The position numbers and the translations under genes were made by a program. A stretch of DNA of 64,000 nucleotides, taken from positions 148,537-212,536 of the forward strand of contig JAQGDQ010000401.1 of NCBI GenBank assembly GCA_030141605.1, read 5' to 3'. The DNA comes from Tubiluchus corallicola (Eukaryota > Animalia > Priapulida). The notes below the pieces were generated by a model. The model was not told the origin of the DNA and did not search any database. It saw only the letters and a list, made by a program, of their open reading frames with translations. Shown here piece after piece: positions 1 through 44,027 of this stretch. Position 1 is the first letter of the stretch. Every line of letters starts with the position of its first letter.

Positions 1-517
1 GCCATGGAATTACAGTACTGAGAACAAAGCCAGAAGTGAAAACAACTACTATACTGGCTTAATTAGGCTGCCTGGATGAAACATTAATACAGCCAATTCT
101 GGCACTGTAATCCGGTTTCAAGTTACAGTACTGACAGCAAAACAAGTCAAAACATTTACTGTACATAGGCTCATGAGATAGGCTAATTGTTGTAGACAAA
201 CTATACAAATCAGCAATGAAAATATATATAAATTTATTAAACAAAATTTCTTAGAATGCTAATAAAAATCTTATAAAATCAGCCATGTCGTTATAATTAC
301 AATAAAAAGGTTACAATATAGATAGATAAGATTAAGACGCAATACGTATATGGAGGTTCCTTTCAACGTAAGTTTGTTGCATACATGTATTTGGTAAGCA
401 ATCGCAGATCTTGTTGAAACACCCGACTGAATTAATCATAATTAACTGTTATAGAGAATTACAATTGCAACTTTTGCATGCACGCTAGATTGAGAAAAAG
501 CTAGGCATTAAATCCAT

Positions 518-2990
518 GTCATAGTCATAGTCATAGTCATTTATTTCACCATACACATTTACAGGTTACATATACAATATCAGTGAAAGGGCCTACACTG
601 GATATAATACAAATAAAAAATACTGCACAGAAAAGCCTCAAGCACTATTTACTTATACACGAATGTAAATGTGTTGTGGGCAATCAAAAAGCAGGGCTTG
701 TTAGATTGTCCCACACAGTGATAGAGAAAAAAAAAAGTAATGGAGATAATCTGAAAATTTAAAGTGAATCGTGATAAAAAAAAACGTTAGTGCTTAAAAT
801 GGAATGATGTAATGAATGAAACTCATATATGGAATGATATAAAAGATAGAAAGACTATTATTTTTTAATAGTATGTAAAATTAAAATAACTTGATTAAGT
901 TAACACCACTGTTTTGCAACTACTGTGAGGATGGATACAGATAGAAATTTTAATTGCTCACTGATACTTACTTAAAATTTGATTTTTTTAGCATTATTTT
1001 AAATCTAGTAATAGATCTGCTATTTTTTGCAGATTGACAAATCTCATTCCAGACTTTTGGTCCTTGATATATTATAAAATGTTTAGCTATGTTGGTTCTA
1101 CAGAAAGGCACAATGTATTGATTAAATCTTGTATTATGTCTCTTAGATGTCAATTTGACAGGAATTGCAAAAAACTTAGGAAATAGTCTATAATTGCATT
1201 TATACATGAATACTGCAATATTCAATTTGATTAAATCATCTAATTGCATAATTCTACATTCACGGTAAAGAAGTAAAGGTACTTCACTACGTTTCATTAG
1301 GCCATACATTAACCTTAAAAATTTTCGTTGCAACGTTTTTAAGCATATTAGTTTAGATGGATATGTGGGGCCCCAAATAATGCTGCAGTAATTGAGATAA
1401 GGTAAAACCAGACTATTATGCAAGATTAGTAAGTGTTCTTTCGAAAGACTGTGTTTAATGTGAGTAATGATGCCTATATTTTTAGCAATTTTAAGTCTGA
1501 TGTAAGAGATATGTGATTGCCAGTCTAAGTGTTCATGTATGACAATACCTAAGAATTTAATCTGTTTTACTTGTTGAATATAACTATTTTCAATTTGTAA
1601 TGTCAAATTTGGCATTCTCTTGTTTCTTGATCTAAAAACTACAAATTTAGTTTTGGAAGCATTTAGTGATAATTTATTACTCCTAAACCAGTTTGATATT
1701 TGCTGCAATTCATTGTTTATTTCAGCTTCATTAACAGTATTGTAATATTTAAATATTAAACTGGTGTCATCAGCAAACTGCAGGATTTTTCCATTATTAA
1801 TACAATGTTTTATATCATTAATGTACACAAGAAACAAGAGTGGGCCAAGTATCGACCCTTGTGGAACACCACAAGATATTAATTTTGAGTTAGATATATA
1901 GTTATTATACTTTACTGCTTGTAACCTGCCAGATAGGTAACATACAAACCAATTATTCGCAACACCTCTTATTCCATAGTGGTATAATTTGTTAATTAAA
2001 ATTTTATGATCAACAGTGTCAAAAGCTTTTGATAGATCACAGAAAATACTCACAGATAACTTATTATCTTCAATATCTCTGATTATGTTGGTCAGCATAT
2101 CAATTAAAGCCATTTCTGTAGTACTGCCTTGACGAAATCCATACTGTGTGTCATTTAATATGCTTTGTTTATGTAAATAATCTGTAAGTTGCAAAGACAC
2201 ACATTTCTCAATAATTTTCGAAAAACATGGCAGTAATGAAATGGGCCTATAATTATTTATACAGTGTGGATCATCAGCTTTATGAATAGGAACTATTATG
2301 GACTGCTTTAGCTTATTAGGAACAATTCCAGAGGTAAGTGATAAATTAATAATATGGGTTAAAGGTATGGCAATATATTCAATAATATCAAGCATTATTC
2401 TGGGAGAGAGCTGATCAATACCGGTACTTTTATTTGGGTGGAATGACTTGCAGATTCTAATGATTTCATCTTTAGTTACAGGTTGAAAGAAGAAGGAATG
2501 TGGGTAATTTCTTTTAAGATAAGAATTTGGGTCAGTATTTGTAGGTTCAATGTTGTTTGATAATAAAGGGCCAATGTTTACAAAGTAGTCATTAAAAGCA
2601 TTAGCAATTATATTTTTGTCATTAGTTAAATGGTCATTTACTTTTATAGAAGCAGGCAAGGATTCACGAGATTTATGCATCAATTCCTTCATTACATTCC
2701 AGGTTTTTTTTATATTATTTTGATAAGTTAGTAATTTCTGTTGATAATAGTTTTGCTTGGAAATTTTTATCAAATTAGTAAGTTGATTTCTGTACTGTGT
2801 ATATTGTTCCTTGTTGATTTTGTTTTTAAGCACAGATCGATAAAGTTTGTTTTTATGTTGAATGCTTTTTAACATAGCTTTAGTTACCCAAGGTTTTTTT
2901 ATTTTAGGTAGTAATTGGTCAGCTGAAGTTTTAACGTGAGTATGGTAAATATTGCTTAACATTTCATGAAATTTTTCATATGCTGAATAT
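518..2990 (-). mobile_element. 5'-truncated CR1/L2-group LINE with uninterrupted RT and (GACTAT)n 3' tail
   Basis: ORF 968-2962 has RT motifs YRPISLLPCFSKIIEK, QYGFR, DLSKAFDTVDH, GVPQGSILGP, FADDT, KFLG, and no endonuclease domain. The minus-strand 3' end reads AATAAA (540-545) then tgactatgactatgactatgac. Confidence 0.93.
968..2962 (-). CDS. LINE ORF2 remnant: reverse transcriptase domain and C-terminus (664 aa, open)
   Basis: Open frame with all core RT motifs; the frame continues about 10 codons upstream (SAYEKFHEM) to the truncation point. Confidence 0.88.
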   Translation of the reverse strand: MLSNIYHTHVKTSADQLLPKIKKPWVTKAMLKSIQHKNKLYRSVLKNKINKEQYTQYRNQLTNLIKISKQNYYQQKLLTYQNNIKKTWNVMKELMHKSRESLPASIKVNDHLTNDKNIIANAFNDYFVNIGPLLSNNIEPTNTDPNSYLKRNYPHSFFFQPVTKDEIIRICKSFHPNKSTGIDQLSPRIMLDIIEYIAIPLTHIINLSLTSGIVPNKLKQSIIVPIHKADDPHCINNYRPISLLPCFSKIIEKCVSLQLTDYLHKQSILNDTQYGFRQGSTTEMALIDMLTNIIRDIEDNKLSVSIFCDLSKAFDTVDHKILINKLYHYGIRGVANNWFVCYLSGRLQAVKYNNYISNSKLISCGVPQGSILGPLLFLVYINDIKHCINNGKILQFADDTSLIFKYYNTVNEAEINNELQQISNWFRSNKLSLNASKTKFVVFRSRNKRMPNLTLQIENSYIQQVKQIKFLGIVIHEHLDWQSHISYIRLKIAKNIGIITHIKHSLSKEHLLILHNSLVLPYLNYCSIIWGPTYPSKLICLKTLQRKFLRLMYGLMKRSEVPLLLYRECRIMQLDDLIKLNIAVFMYKCNYRLFPKFFAIPVKLTSKRHNTRFNQYIVPFCRTNIAKHFIIYQGPKVWNEICQSAKNSRSITRFKIMLKKSNFK

Positions 2991-5159
2991 GAAATTATTC
3001 AGCTACTACAAACAAAATCCAAACTATTACAATCAAGCCTTGAAAATCTGCCTTCCATTTATTCATTTGCATCTAAAGACAAAACGTTCACTGCTAGATT
3101 TTGTCCGATGTCCGACGAATACTTAGTATAAACTCTCAATTTAATATTACAGTATTACACCGAAAAAGGTGAATGCTGAAACACCGATGATTCGATAAAA
3201 ATAGATATTATTTTCCATTGCAATAATGTAGTTAATAGACCATCAGTGTCACAAGACGACTGGTATACGTGGGGCAGAAACGATCAGTTTGCACAGTCAC
3301 GAAACGGTGATAGTAACTGTTATGACAGACAAATATAGAAGTGACAAACACAACATAGCCTAAAACGTGAATTGTACAAAAAAGTGGAAAATAGTTTATA
3401 ATCTCAAAATATATGTAAAGTTTTAATCCATTCTTGAATTGGCCAAATAAAAATTCGAAACCATTGTTTTGCTTAAACATCGGCTAATTAGTCTTTCTGT
3501 TATTTTGGCACCACTTTATTTTATGGGGGGGGGGAGGATAATACAACAAATCATAAAAAACAACACCACAAACCTTTCCACTTCTCTGGCAGTCTATTGT
3601 TATTTGTTGCACTTCGCAAAAGAATTCCCTTTGTGAAATAAAAGCTGGCGTTTCAAAAACGCCGTACTTGTTGTAAAACCGCCACGTTGCTTTTGTTCCA
3701 TAAATAAATGCTTGTCAGATTTTGCGACATTAATTTGGACCATGTTGTAAAGTTTGACAGCAGACGTCAATAGAAAATTTACTCACTACATGCCACAGAT
3801 ATGCGCTGATGGTACTTAAGTTGCTTTCGCAACATGCACTGGTAATAACAGTAGTAATACTATAAAATCACTTCACACGCTTACAACACCATTCTCTGAG
3901 CGAATTTTCAAACTTTTGTTTAGGCCGGTGAAAGCAGCGATAAATATGACGTTCACCGCTGCAGATTCTGAGTTGGTAAGGACCTTGCACGTGATTAAAC
4001 ATCTTCACTAGAGACGTGTCTTTTTAGTCACGCCTGTAGCTTAACCTTTGCTCCATCTTACGGGTGCAAACACTAAGAAAACGTTATTCTCTTATTTTAA
4101 GAAAATGTTGGAATCGCCTACAAAGCGGGCTTATTTCAATTCAAAAAGATTAATATCGAAGTAAAATTTAATAATGGCCATTCCACTAGCTCAGAATAAG
4201 ATTCTTTTATTTTATCAGATGTACAATAATTATTCGACATATATTGACATTTTCAATTATTGTTATTAAATAAACAAGGACAACGACTCAATTCGTGACC
4301 TGTCTCTATTGTCTTCATGGGCAGCCCATGTACGACACGTCCTACCTGGACTAGCCCATGTACGCCAATTGTCCTACTTCAGCTAATGTCCTACTCCGCT
4401 CCCAACACGCTGTTCGGCATGGCAAAACTAATAAAGAGAATGAAAGCAAGTTTCCCCTTGCTTGCTTGGTGGTTAAAAATAGCCTAACTGAATGCCAGCA
4501 GTACAGCTTGTACTGGGTATAAACAGTATTTATGAAATATTAATGCAAATACAAAATAAATCATTGAACAAAATCTAAATTTGGCCGACATTCCCCCAGC
4601 ATACCCTACATTAAGATGTAAATGTTTTGATTTTCTCTACAAATTGCTTTTTTACAAAATGTGTGATCAGTTAACTGGCTATATATTTTACAAAAACAAT
4701 TTGTAGATTTAATATCTTAAATGTATATTTGCCTCTCTTCGTCTTATTGCATAAATCTTACTCTTGATGTACTCCACAAAATCAAAATGCTTTAAATCAG
4801 ATATGCACTTCTCTTATCAGAGCAGCAATTTTGCGCATTAGTTCTAATATCGGTATAAAAATCACCACAAGATGTCAAATCAGGAAAACACGGTACCAAC
4901 TTGAAAGGACCTCGGTGACCATTCAGTTAGTAAGACTCACTGCGCACAAACTAAGAAAGTCTTTCGCTGTTTTCAAGTAGTGAGAATGGTTTCCTAATGA
5001 CAACAAGCTTCGTTGTTAACATTGGCGGCTGCTGCTAACTATAGACAAGTATAATCTTGAAGCATAGACGTCAATACCTGTAATGATTTCTCAGACACCC
5101 GAAATATTTTATAAGGCTAGCAGTCTTTATAATATGCCAAAAGATACGGGTACGGGTTT

Positions 5160-5810
5160 CTTTCTAAATTTTAAAAGCAGTGCTATCGGCAAAATGCGAA
5201 TTTTGAAAACAGCTTTATTAGCAACAGGTTGATTTTGAAAACACCACTATCGTTGAACAGCGTCGAATCACTGCGTCGAACAGCTAAAGTATCATTAGGT
5301 TAATTTTTCTCAAATCGTGTTGTGCCGGTTTGGAACTCATTGCCTGCATATTTTGATGGTGCGCCTCGCTGCACAAAATATTAAGCTATTTAAAAGCGCT
5401 TATATGAAATTAACTATTAGCTACAGGTTGATTTTGAAAACAGCAATATTGGCTGCAGGTTGATTTTGAAAACAACGCTATAACCTACACGTGAATTTTC
5501 AAAAACAGCTCTTACAGCTACACGTGGATTTCAAAAAAACTCTATTAGCTATCGGCTATACTTGGACTTTGAAAACAGCTATATTAACTTCATGTTGATT
5601 TTGAAACAGCACTATCGGCTACACGTAGATGTTGAAAACAGCACTATTGGTCATAGGTGGATTTTGAAAACAGCACTACAAGCTACAAGTTGATTTTGAA
5701 AACGGCACTATCAAATACACATATATTTTGAAAACAGAGCTATTACCTACATGTGGATCTTGAAAACAGCCTTATTGCCTACACGCGGATTTTGAAAACA
5801 ATGTTCAAAA
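5160..5810. repeat. Degenerate ~31-33 bp minisatellite (gattttgaaaacagcactattggctacaggtt-like)
   Basis: More than 12 imperfect head-to-tail copies with the core ttttgaaaacagc; interrupted at about 5270-5410. Confidence 0.85.
5290..5410 (+). mobile_element. Short CR1-like LINE 3' fragment inside the minisatellite
   Basis: Translates NFFSNRVVPVWNSLPAY, the typical CR1 ORF2 C-terminal motif. Confidence 0.6.
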
Positions 5811-5968
5811 ATTACAGGGCACGGGGAGGTTTAATTTTTAATCGTAATTTCAACTGCAATGGATGGAGTTATGATTCAGCCAAAAATGTAACCTGCTTAA
5901 AGCGAAAACAGACTGTAATTATCAAAAAGCAAGCAAAATAAATGAGTGATTAAACCAAATTAACTTAC

Positions 5969-35535
<29,567 letters not shown>

Positions 35536-35712
35536 GTTGCTAGAACTTGGGCAACTCCAGAATTCGGGTTAATAGAGACTTGAGGAGGCATTCAAGAGCT
35601 CAAATTTTAGCTCATCTGGTCGCAGATGTCATTAGCGAACCCGATAGAGCGAGCTCAGATGCAGAGCCGATGAAGAAATAGTCTCTTCAAAGAGTTAACA
35701 CTAATAAAGACA

Positions 35713-35720
35713 TGACGTCA
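35713..35720. promoter_or_regulatory. Palindromic CRE-like site TGACGTCA about 180 bp upstream of the transglutaminase ATG
   Basis: Exact octamer in a plausible promoter position; function is not shown by the sequence. Confidence 0.3.
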
Positions 35721-38700
35721 CGAATGGCAGTATTCTGCCACACGCGTTGTCAAGATAATTATGCTGAGTTTAGATTCTGTGTTTCAGAACATGAAAGTGC
35801 AGTACTATAAATAGTATGTATATTTCGTTGGTGCTGCAACAATATTATACGAAAGTGCAGTTATGGAAATAATACTTATTGTAGATTTGTAGTGCTAAAT
35901 GAGTTAACACTCGGCCACATTTCTTTGCAATTTGATCAGAATATTCCAGGATGTTGCCTTATTTTTCCCTGAGCTGTTTCTTCTGAAACACACTATAGTT
36001 TCCCAACAGCTTGACTACAGCATTATTGTCCCTAAAAGGATTTTGATTTTTTTAGTCTTCATAGGTCCCAGTGATCTTTGATTTATTGAAGTACGCCCAG
36101 GTTGGATACAGGGTTCAAAAGTGGTTGAGAAAATATACACCAAGAAGGTATAAATCAGTAATAAACTAATATGACTGTTAAAGAATAATTGACTTTCTAA
36201 TCTTCATAAAAGAAGAGTTTTGCACATAATCATAATCAACTTATGACTCTGATTTCCTGTCGTGTCAGCTTCTTGGTTTTTCTTAATCCAACAAAGCAAA
36301 TAAAGATATTTTTGTAAGGAATATTTCAGGGTTCGGTCTATTCAGGTGGAAAACCTTTAATCATTTCCCTAGGTTAATTACGCATCTCATTTTCTATTAT
36401 TTTTTTAAAGTAAAAGAGCAACATAAGCAAAAAATCAAAATAATTTCACGGTGGATAATTGCGATAAATCTTTCCAAACCAAACATTCCAAACAGCATCA
36501 GAAATAGCAAGTCATTCCTGTTCGTATGTCACTGTTTAAAGAACAAAACACGTTAAGTGATTATGAATAATTTGCGTTACATACTGCAATTTTATTTGAG
36601 CTGATCAAAAAATTTTGTAGCAATACATAACACATCTACACATCTATAACTAACATGAAAAAAGGCATTTCTGAAATAAGCGTTACAAAATGTCTCCAAG
36701 TGTTATTCTCTTCTCTTCTTTCACTCTTTCAGTCTTTTTTTCTTTTTTCACTCCTTCATCTCCTCTTGTCTGTCTCTCTCTCTCTCCTCTCTCTCTTTTC
36801 TGTCTGTCTTTCCCTTCTCCTCTGTATGTCGTTTTGCTATCTTTATCTGTTTACATAGTCCTCCTGTTTTTTCTGCCTCATGTGGTGTATTTTTTTTTTA
36901 AATTGATTCTTATGAACGCATAGGAGTGAACATAATGACAGGAACTTATGCTGTTCTGCACACTTCTACAAACTGTTTTTAAAGGATACTGGTCATATTT
37001 TATATTGTTTATTGTTTGTGCAGATAATGAAATCCGATGTCGTTAAACTTTGAAATTAATATTTTCAGTATTTTACAAACTCCGCAAACTAAGTAGCGGT
37101 AATAGTTTGCCCATTTTCTTTTCTACCACAGGCATGTGGACGTATCAACAGTTTAAACAGACAAATCAAATCGCAAAGAAGCCGTGATTAAGAGGCTCAA
37201 GAACTTGAAACCTATTAACTTAATTTTATGCCAACTTGTGCAATTTTACCCATCGGCCTTTACACGTCGCCCTCTTGAGTCTGTGATTATGAAACAACAT
37301 ACCTAAAAACTTAATCAACTATCTAGTTACGCTGGATGCATTTCAGTTTTATCTTGAAAACTACTTCCGTCAAAAACTGAGTGAAAATTCCACATGTCTT
37401 ATAGGCAGTTAGCGCCTATAGATTAATACAAGAAATAATGCAACCATGGCATCAGCTACACACTTGATGTCAGCCATAAGCCAGGTCCTAAACATTTGAA
37501 AGAAACTATACACATGATGTCAACTATAGACAGTTGATGTCAACCAAACACTTGATGTGATGAATAATAGGTGATGTCCCCATACACATTATGTCAGATA
37601 TAGACAGGGCCTAGCTTTACAATTATCTAGTTACTAATTATCAACTACAAATTTGAGTTAAGCTTTTTTATCTTGAATAATCGCTGGAAGAAATTAACCA
37701 ATTACGTGCAGTTTAACAAATAAAACGCGAAAAAAGCGATTACATCTTATAAGAAACATTACCCCCATTACCTTACAACTTACCTTATTGCCTTACCTCG
37801 TCTTATTACTATTTGAGGTGATTATGTGCTCGGCGACCGTACTTAAAGCAGAAGCCAAGTCTCTCGGGAAGTTGAACTTATTCTAATGTTCGAGAAAAAT
37901 TCCAGAAAGTTCAGAAATAAAATTTTGATAAGCCCCTTATATAATAATTACTAATAATAATTATTAGTAAAATTGATTCAAAGTCACTGTCACTTGATGT
38001 CTGGGCGCACTCGTTTTAGACGAAAAATGGCGTTATCCAGTTTCCTTGCAATATAAACTTATTCCGTGAGGTGTTTGAGCAATCTTCTTTTGGCTTACAG
38101 AGGGAACTCTATAAATAAGCAACCCACCCGGTATCTACTATAAGCTCGCAAGTTTGCATGCGTATCTGAAAGTCAACAAACGTCTGTAAATTAATTATGT
38201 TTGCACAATTAATGTATACCACTTACACGTTTTACGGTATAATCCTGTGGATTAAGGCTATATAACCACTTTAAATTTGGTTATAATTGTCCAAACACAA
38301 TTAAACATAACGCTAGAATAACGGAACTTCAAAGTGTATTGTAGGAATTTTGCAACGCGTACCTCCATCACAGCTTGCCTTCACAGCATTCACGCTGCCC
38401 AGCAGACACCATTCACATCATTTTTTTCAAACACGCCGGCAGCGACGTTGGTTTGGTGGGAGATAAAAAATATTTAAATTTCTTTTTATTTTCAAGTAGA
38501 GCATTCTTTGCGCATATATTGTGTGGTGGTTTCAATCTTTTTAATTGTATATTAAAATGCAGTAAATGTTGTTCGCTGGTTAGGTATTCCTTTAAGAATG
38601 CCAAGGCTGATCAGTTAATGGAAACGTGAAACGCTTCGGTTCTCGCTCTGAAAGGTTTCATTCGCTATGCTGATTCTGGCTGTTTACCTCGTAGAGGGAG

Positions 38701-41220
38701 TACATGCACACACACTCAAACGTGGCTAACACCTCTACTGGTTCAGTGGCTCATACTGCAGGTATATCTGTGCTAATGAATCAGATTCCAGTCTCGCCAC
38801 AACTATTTAATGATTCTAACTTGTGTAGGCCTTGCCGCTAAATGTTGGATTCCAACTTGCAGGATTCAGAATTCGTTAAAAATATTACTTACCTGACCAA
38901 AATTCCAAGATGCTCCGCCTATGCTTTTATAACTGCCAGTGTAAATGATTCCTATGTCACGTAGGACGTTTTCGTGGCACAATGATGTATCATTAAGATA
39001 AACATTGTTTCAGCAGTACTTTGACATTACAAATAGTTCAGTACTTTTACTTGTTGCTTCTGTACTCTCCTCACTTTAACAAAAGATATTTAGAAATTAT
39101 GTACAGTAAACACGCAAGATAATAAAACAATATTCTAAAAAACAGGAAAGGTGAACGATAAATAACTAAAACACGCAGGTAGGCCTAATGCCTGATACTT
39201 ATAGTTCTATATGAATATTATATAGATTCGTTTACACTCGTGGGCCATTTTCAAGTATCATAACTTTCGAGCAGATGAAAAAAATAAGCCTTAGTTGAGG
39301 ACTCCATCTTCACGGTGACCGGTGAATTACTTCAAATGTTGCAGTTGTGAAACAACACAGCTAGTCACTTATAGCTGAAGGTTCCAGAAAATAAGTTTTT
39401 CACTGTTGGCGCTCTGTGTTCACCCGAATGTACAGGATTGAGACAGACTTGACACATTTCTCGGTCAAAAATGCGCATGCAAATTTGAATGTTTGTTTCT
39501 ATAAGGGTCTGGCCATTAGTAATTTCAAGCAAGAACGAAATAAATAAACAGATTCCATAAAGCTGTAATTAATTCACTTGTAAATTTGCATAATAAAACT
39601 TAATATCTTCCAGATTATTTTCAGTGGTTAAAGTTTAACCATTATTATTAATCTTGAAAATGACCAAAGAATGTTATGCGGCCGAAATGTCGCACAATTA
39701 ACATTTCACAAATGTTTTTACAAACAGTTAAAGATTTTGATTTATTAATCAGATTCGTTTATTAATATTAAAACCTGTTAACTTGCTAACATAATCACAA
39801 ATTGCAGCCCAGTCAACAAAAATCTATGAATTTAAATGCCACGCATGCGCAGAGCATTCTCAAAGTATTCAAGTTAGTCACCGGGTCAATTGAGATTCGT
39901 CATTTCACTAAACTATGCTGGTACTCCCAATAAAGTGTTATTACCCATAAAGCGGATTTATTTTATAGAATTTGCTTTGAGCCCAATAAATATTCAGCCT
40001 TAATTATCAGCCGTTACTTACTAATTAGCAACAGCACAACATGGTTCACCCAGTACCCAGCAGAAATAAGTACCGCTCACCTTTGCACCAAGCATTAAAC
40101 AAGATGCAAACTTTCGATGAAGCTCGAAATGTCTCCGTGTTTAAGTGATTTCCCTAAATGTAAAGTTCTATTAGTCAGAATTTAATAATATTGTTTAAAG
40201 CTATTAAATTTTAAGTGGCCACGTGTATATAATTTTTAATTGCTGACTGTATTTGTACTGCACTATTTTAGCACGATTCATTTTGCTTTCCTCCAACGCC
40301 TGTCTTACCTTTCTATGCTTTTTTCTTTCTGTTTTCTTTCATTAAGTTGCAAACAAATGAAGATCAAATGGATAAGTTGATGAACCTAGCGAATGGAAGA
40401 AAAAAGCGATAATGAATCACATACCCATGCATTCGTTAATTTGAAAATTAAAGGTGTCTTGCTACTTATTATTTTCTGCTTGATTTACTGTACTATATAG
40501 ATCGTAGTTTTTCAGCTAATTAATAGATCAGAATTAAGGAATCGCAATCAAGGGACTGGTGACGAGAGTTGAATGCCGACAGCTAGCAACTTAAAGCACA
40601 GCGTCACGACATTTTTTTACTGTTTGTCACCGAGTACCTAGATTAAAACTACATATGGCCGAACTTGACCTGATGAAAAATGATGATGCTGATGATCATG
40701 ACAGTCCATATTGAGTATTCTCAGAAATGCGGTTGAAGTACATATGCCTGATTACCAACAAAATCGTGTAGCTCTTCCTCAAGTGACGGTCAAAAATCAA
40801 TGACGTCATGACGGACTGACAATCTCACGTACAGAATTAGTTTTCCATTTGTGAAGACATTCATTGTAAAAAAGGAAATTTACCTTTGGATTAGTCAGTA
40901 TGTAACAATTCCAGTTGCCAACACAACAGTCGTAGGGCGTTTTAACATCAACGGTTTGTCTGTTTCCTACCGAGGAAATTAGTTTCGCTGCAAATGCGTC
41001 ATTAGTCAGAATAGCGTTTTTGTCTTGCACAGCAAAAGTTGTTCGAGTTCCATTGCTTTCAAACGCATTATTCCCAAACTCCATTCTGAAACGAATCTCG
41101 TCCTTGTCTGGGTCATATTCACGTGTCGTGTTGATCTGTAAATGTTGAGTAAGTCTTGAAGGTAATGTAACGTAAGCTGAATTCACGTTATGACGTACGA
41201 GAAAAAAGAAGGCAGAGAAT

Positions 41221-41383
<163 letters not shown>

Positions 41384-41404
41384 AAAGAGTGATATATATA
41401 TATA

Positions 41405-41615
41405 CATGTCACACATTTCACATTGAATGCCGCCGGGAATCAAACTATGTTCTCACACTTGTCCCACATTCTACATTGAATGTAGGCGGGAATCAGGCAA
41501 AGCTCTCACTCATTCATTCAACAATGAACGTTACCAGGAATCAGGCAACGTTCTCACTCATGTCACAAATTTCACATTGAATGTCACCACGATCTTGCAA
41601 TGTTCTCATACATCT
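41405..41615. repeat. Degenerate ~50-bp tandem repeat x4
   Basis: Recurring cacattgaatg...ggaatcaggcaa.gttctcactcat. Confidence 0.75.
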
Positions 41616-42084
41616 CACACCTACCCAAACAACCATCACAGATGCCTCGATGGCTCTAGTCTTGCGTGTTACCACCCAGCGTACTACCTGCCCACGTCGA
41701 ATGACAGGCCTATCTTGATTAATGACACAGTCAAATTCATCCGTGTGATGCGACTTTGTGCGAAACACCGGAATCACTGTTTTTTTTCAGTTATCACCTA
41801 TTTTTTAAATACTCTGATATCTTATAAGCAGTTAGTTTAAGGTTTTTACTCCTGTTAGCAAAGCATATCGTTTAAATTTTGTTGATTATCCAAATATTTT
41901 GTTTGCACTGCTTGCTATAAATAGTAACTGCTATATCAAAACGAGCGTTATGATGCAACTAGCTCATCGTAGTCTCTCCATTGGGATAACTTGAGTTAAA
42001 CTAAAAAATGACGGACAACAAGCACAAAAAAATCAGTATGTCCTGAGGTATTTATGAAAGATAAAGGCACTGTTTTAGTTTTAA

Positions 42085-42250
<166 letters not shown>

Positions 42251-43646
42251 TGACTTGTAGGGTCATGTTTCGTTCAGAGCTTTGAGGTTTCATTCCGCTA
42301 AGAATCATCCAGAAAGAATGTTTTTTCACAAAATAACATGCATCAAGAGTAAGTAGTTAAGTGACCATTTTCTCGAGACGTGTTATTGATTGAGTGAGCT
42401 GTTGGTCTTGCTGTCTTCAGCACTCCACTTTCCTTTAGTAGTTTTACTCTTGTGGCTGCACGACTACCAGGAATGGCTTATAGAAGCGTGTCGTAACAGA
42501 ATTTTAATGAGATAGGACTCACTCTGAAGCAGCCTTGGGTACGACAAAAGTTTTTTTTACTGTAATGTTTCCCCTTAAATCCAGGCTTCTTAACTTCAGA
42601 CGTGCAAGGAATTTATTTATTGCACTTATGTTACTCATTACATTAAGTTACTTTACTGTACTTTGCCGACAAATTGCTGTACACAGGCTGTATAAAATGT
42701 ACAACCTTTTGTTAGGGGGTGCAAAAACAACAAGCAGTAGTAGTACACCTCAATGTATCAATGTATTGCTGAATCAGCAGAAACTCTATGAATGTCATCA
42801 ATATTTTAGCGTGGACGCCTCCTGCATTTCACATAGATGCGTTCTTGAGCGGAATTTAAGGAGACTTGAAGAAATCGTGAACAAATTCAAGATCCCCCAG
42901 CAAATCTTACAGATGTTTCACACACTTGTCTTTTGGATGCGAATCAACGTGATATGTTATTGGTCATCTTAACTTCCTCTCTTCATGACAGCTCTAATGC
43001 CGTACAGCAAGGCTGAGGTCCAGTGAATTTCCAATTACAGTTCAGTTTGCCCTCCAGTCATATTCCTCAAGATTACAGACTGTGCAGGATGCAAGAGGCT
43101 TCCACACGTTAATCATGAATTGTGATTTTAGCAAAAACACTTTGGATATTATATTGATTTATCTATTATTAGCAAAAACTTTGGCACACAATTTTGATTT
43201 TTTTTATTGTGCAGTCTTGTTGATTACTCATTGTGTAGCCTACTTCGTGTTTTTTCCTGTGCATTTTCGTCTTTTTATATCCAGAAAATAGAATTCAATT
43301 TTCATTTTGTGAGAATGGTATCTAATTTTCATTTTGATAACATTTTACTGCGCATTACTGAACTTAAAAAGGGATGGAGTTATTAGATATGACACATTAT
43401 TAGGAAACTGATTATGAATTTAGCATAATTACCGACTTGCCAGAAACTCTGCTGACTTGTAATAATGGTAGTACCTTGCTCCTCAAAAATGGTATTTCAT
43501 AATGAATTAGCTTCAAAGTGATATTGAACTGTGGCAATTTACACATGCAAACAAGAGTACCCAACATTGCGAGGATATTATGCGAATACGTCCAAGCAAA
43601 GTGAAACTCTTTTTAAATGCGTCAGAGACTCAATGTGTGCTTCCAC

Positions 43647-44027
43647 TAGGGGTGACAATCGAACGTTTGAGTTTTTTAGTTTTTTAATTTGAATTCGATT
43701 TGAACCTAAAATTATAAATTCGAATAATTCAGCACTTCAACCATAGATATTCCTTATCATTAAAACCTTTGAACCTTCTTGCAAGTAGCTCAATTCAGTT
43801 GTAATTTCTGTGTACAATTTAATGATTTTGCTGCAGAACAAAATCGAATAACACGCTTAATCTCTTTAAGACCGCATTTTACTGGTGGGTCGAAAGTTTT
43901 AGGGAAAATCTTTTAAATAGAATTCAAATTCGATTTTGAAATACTGAAATTCGGTTCGATTTAAATTCAAAAGTCACTAATACGGTTCGATTGGAATTTG
44001 CTCTCTGGTAGAGAATGCTCAGCTCTA
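43647..44027. mobile_element. hAT-like MITE copy 1, just upstream of PSMD7
   Basis: Ends taggggtgacaatc / gaatgctcagctcta (imperfect TIR); 8-bp flanks gcttccac / gcttccat; ttcga-rich subterminal repeats; second copy at about 46591-47015. Confidence 0.75.

Noticed and set aside
3059-3122. Minus-strand YSSDIGQNLAVNVLSLDANE* as the first beta-barrel exon of the transglutaminase
   Set aside because: Only a faint IGQ..V resemblance, weak acceptor, stop after 20 codons and no donor.
42535-42972. 145-aa plus-strand ORF upstream of PSMD7
   Set aside because: TTG start, no recognisable motif or splice support; the region may be an old repeat but I cannot assign it.
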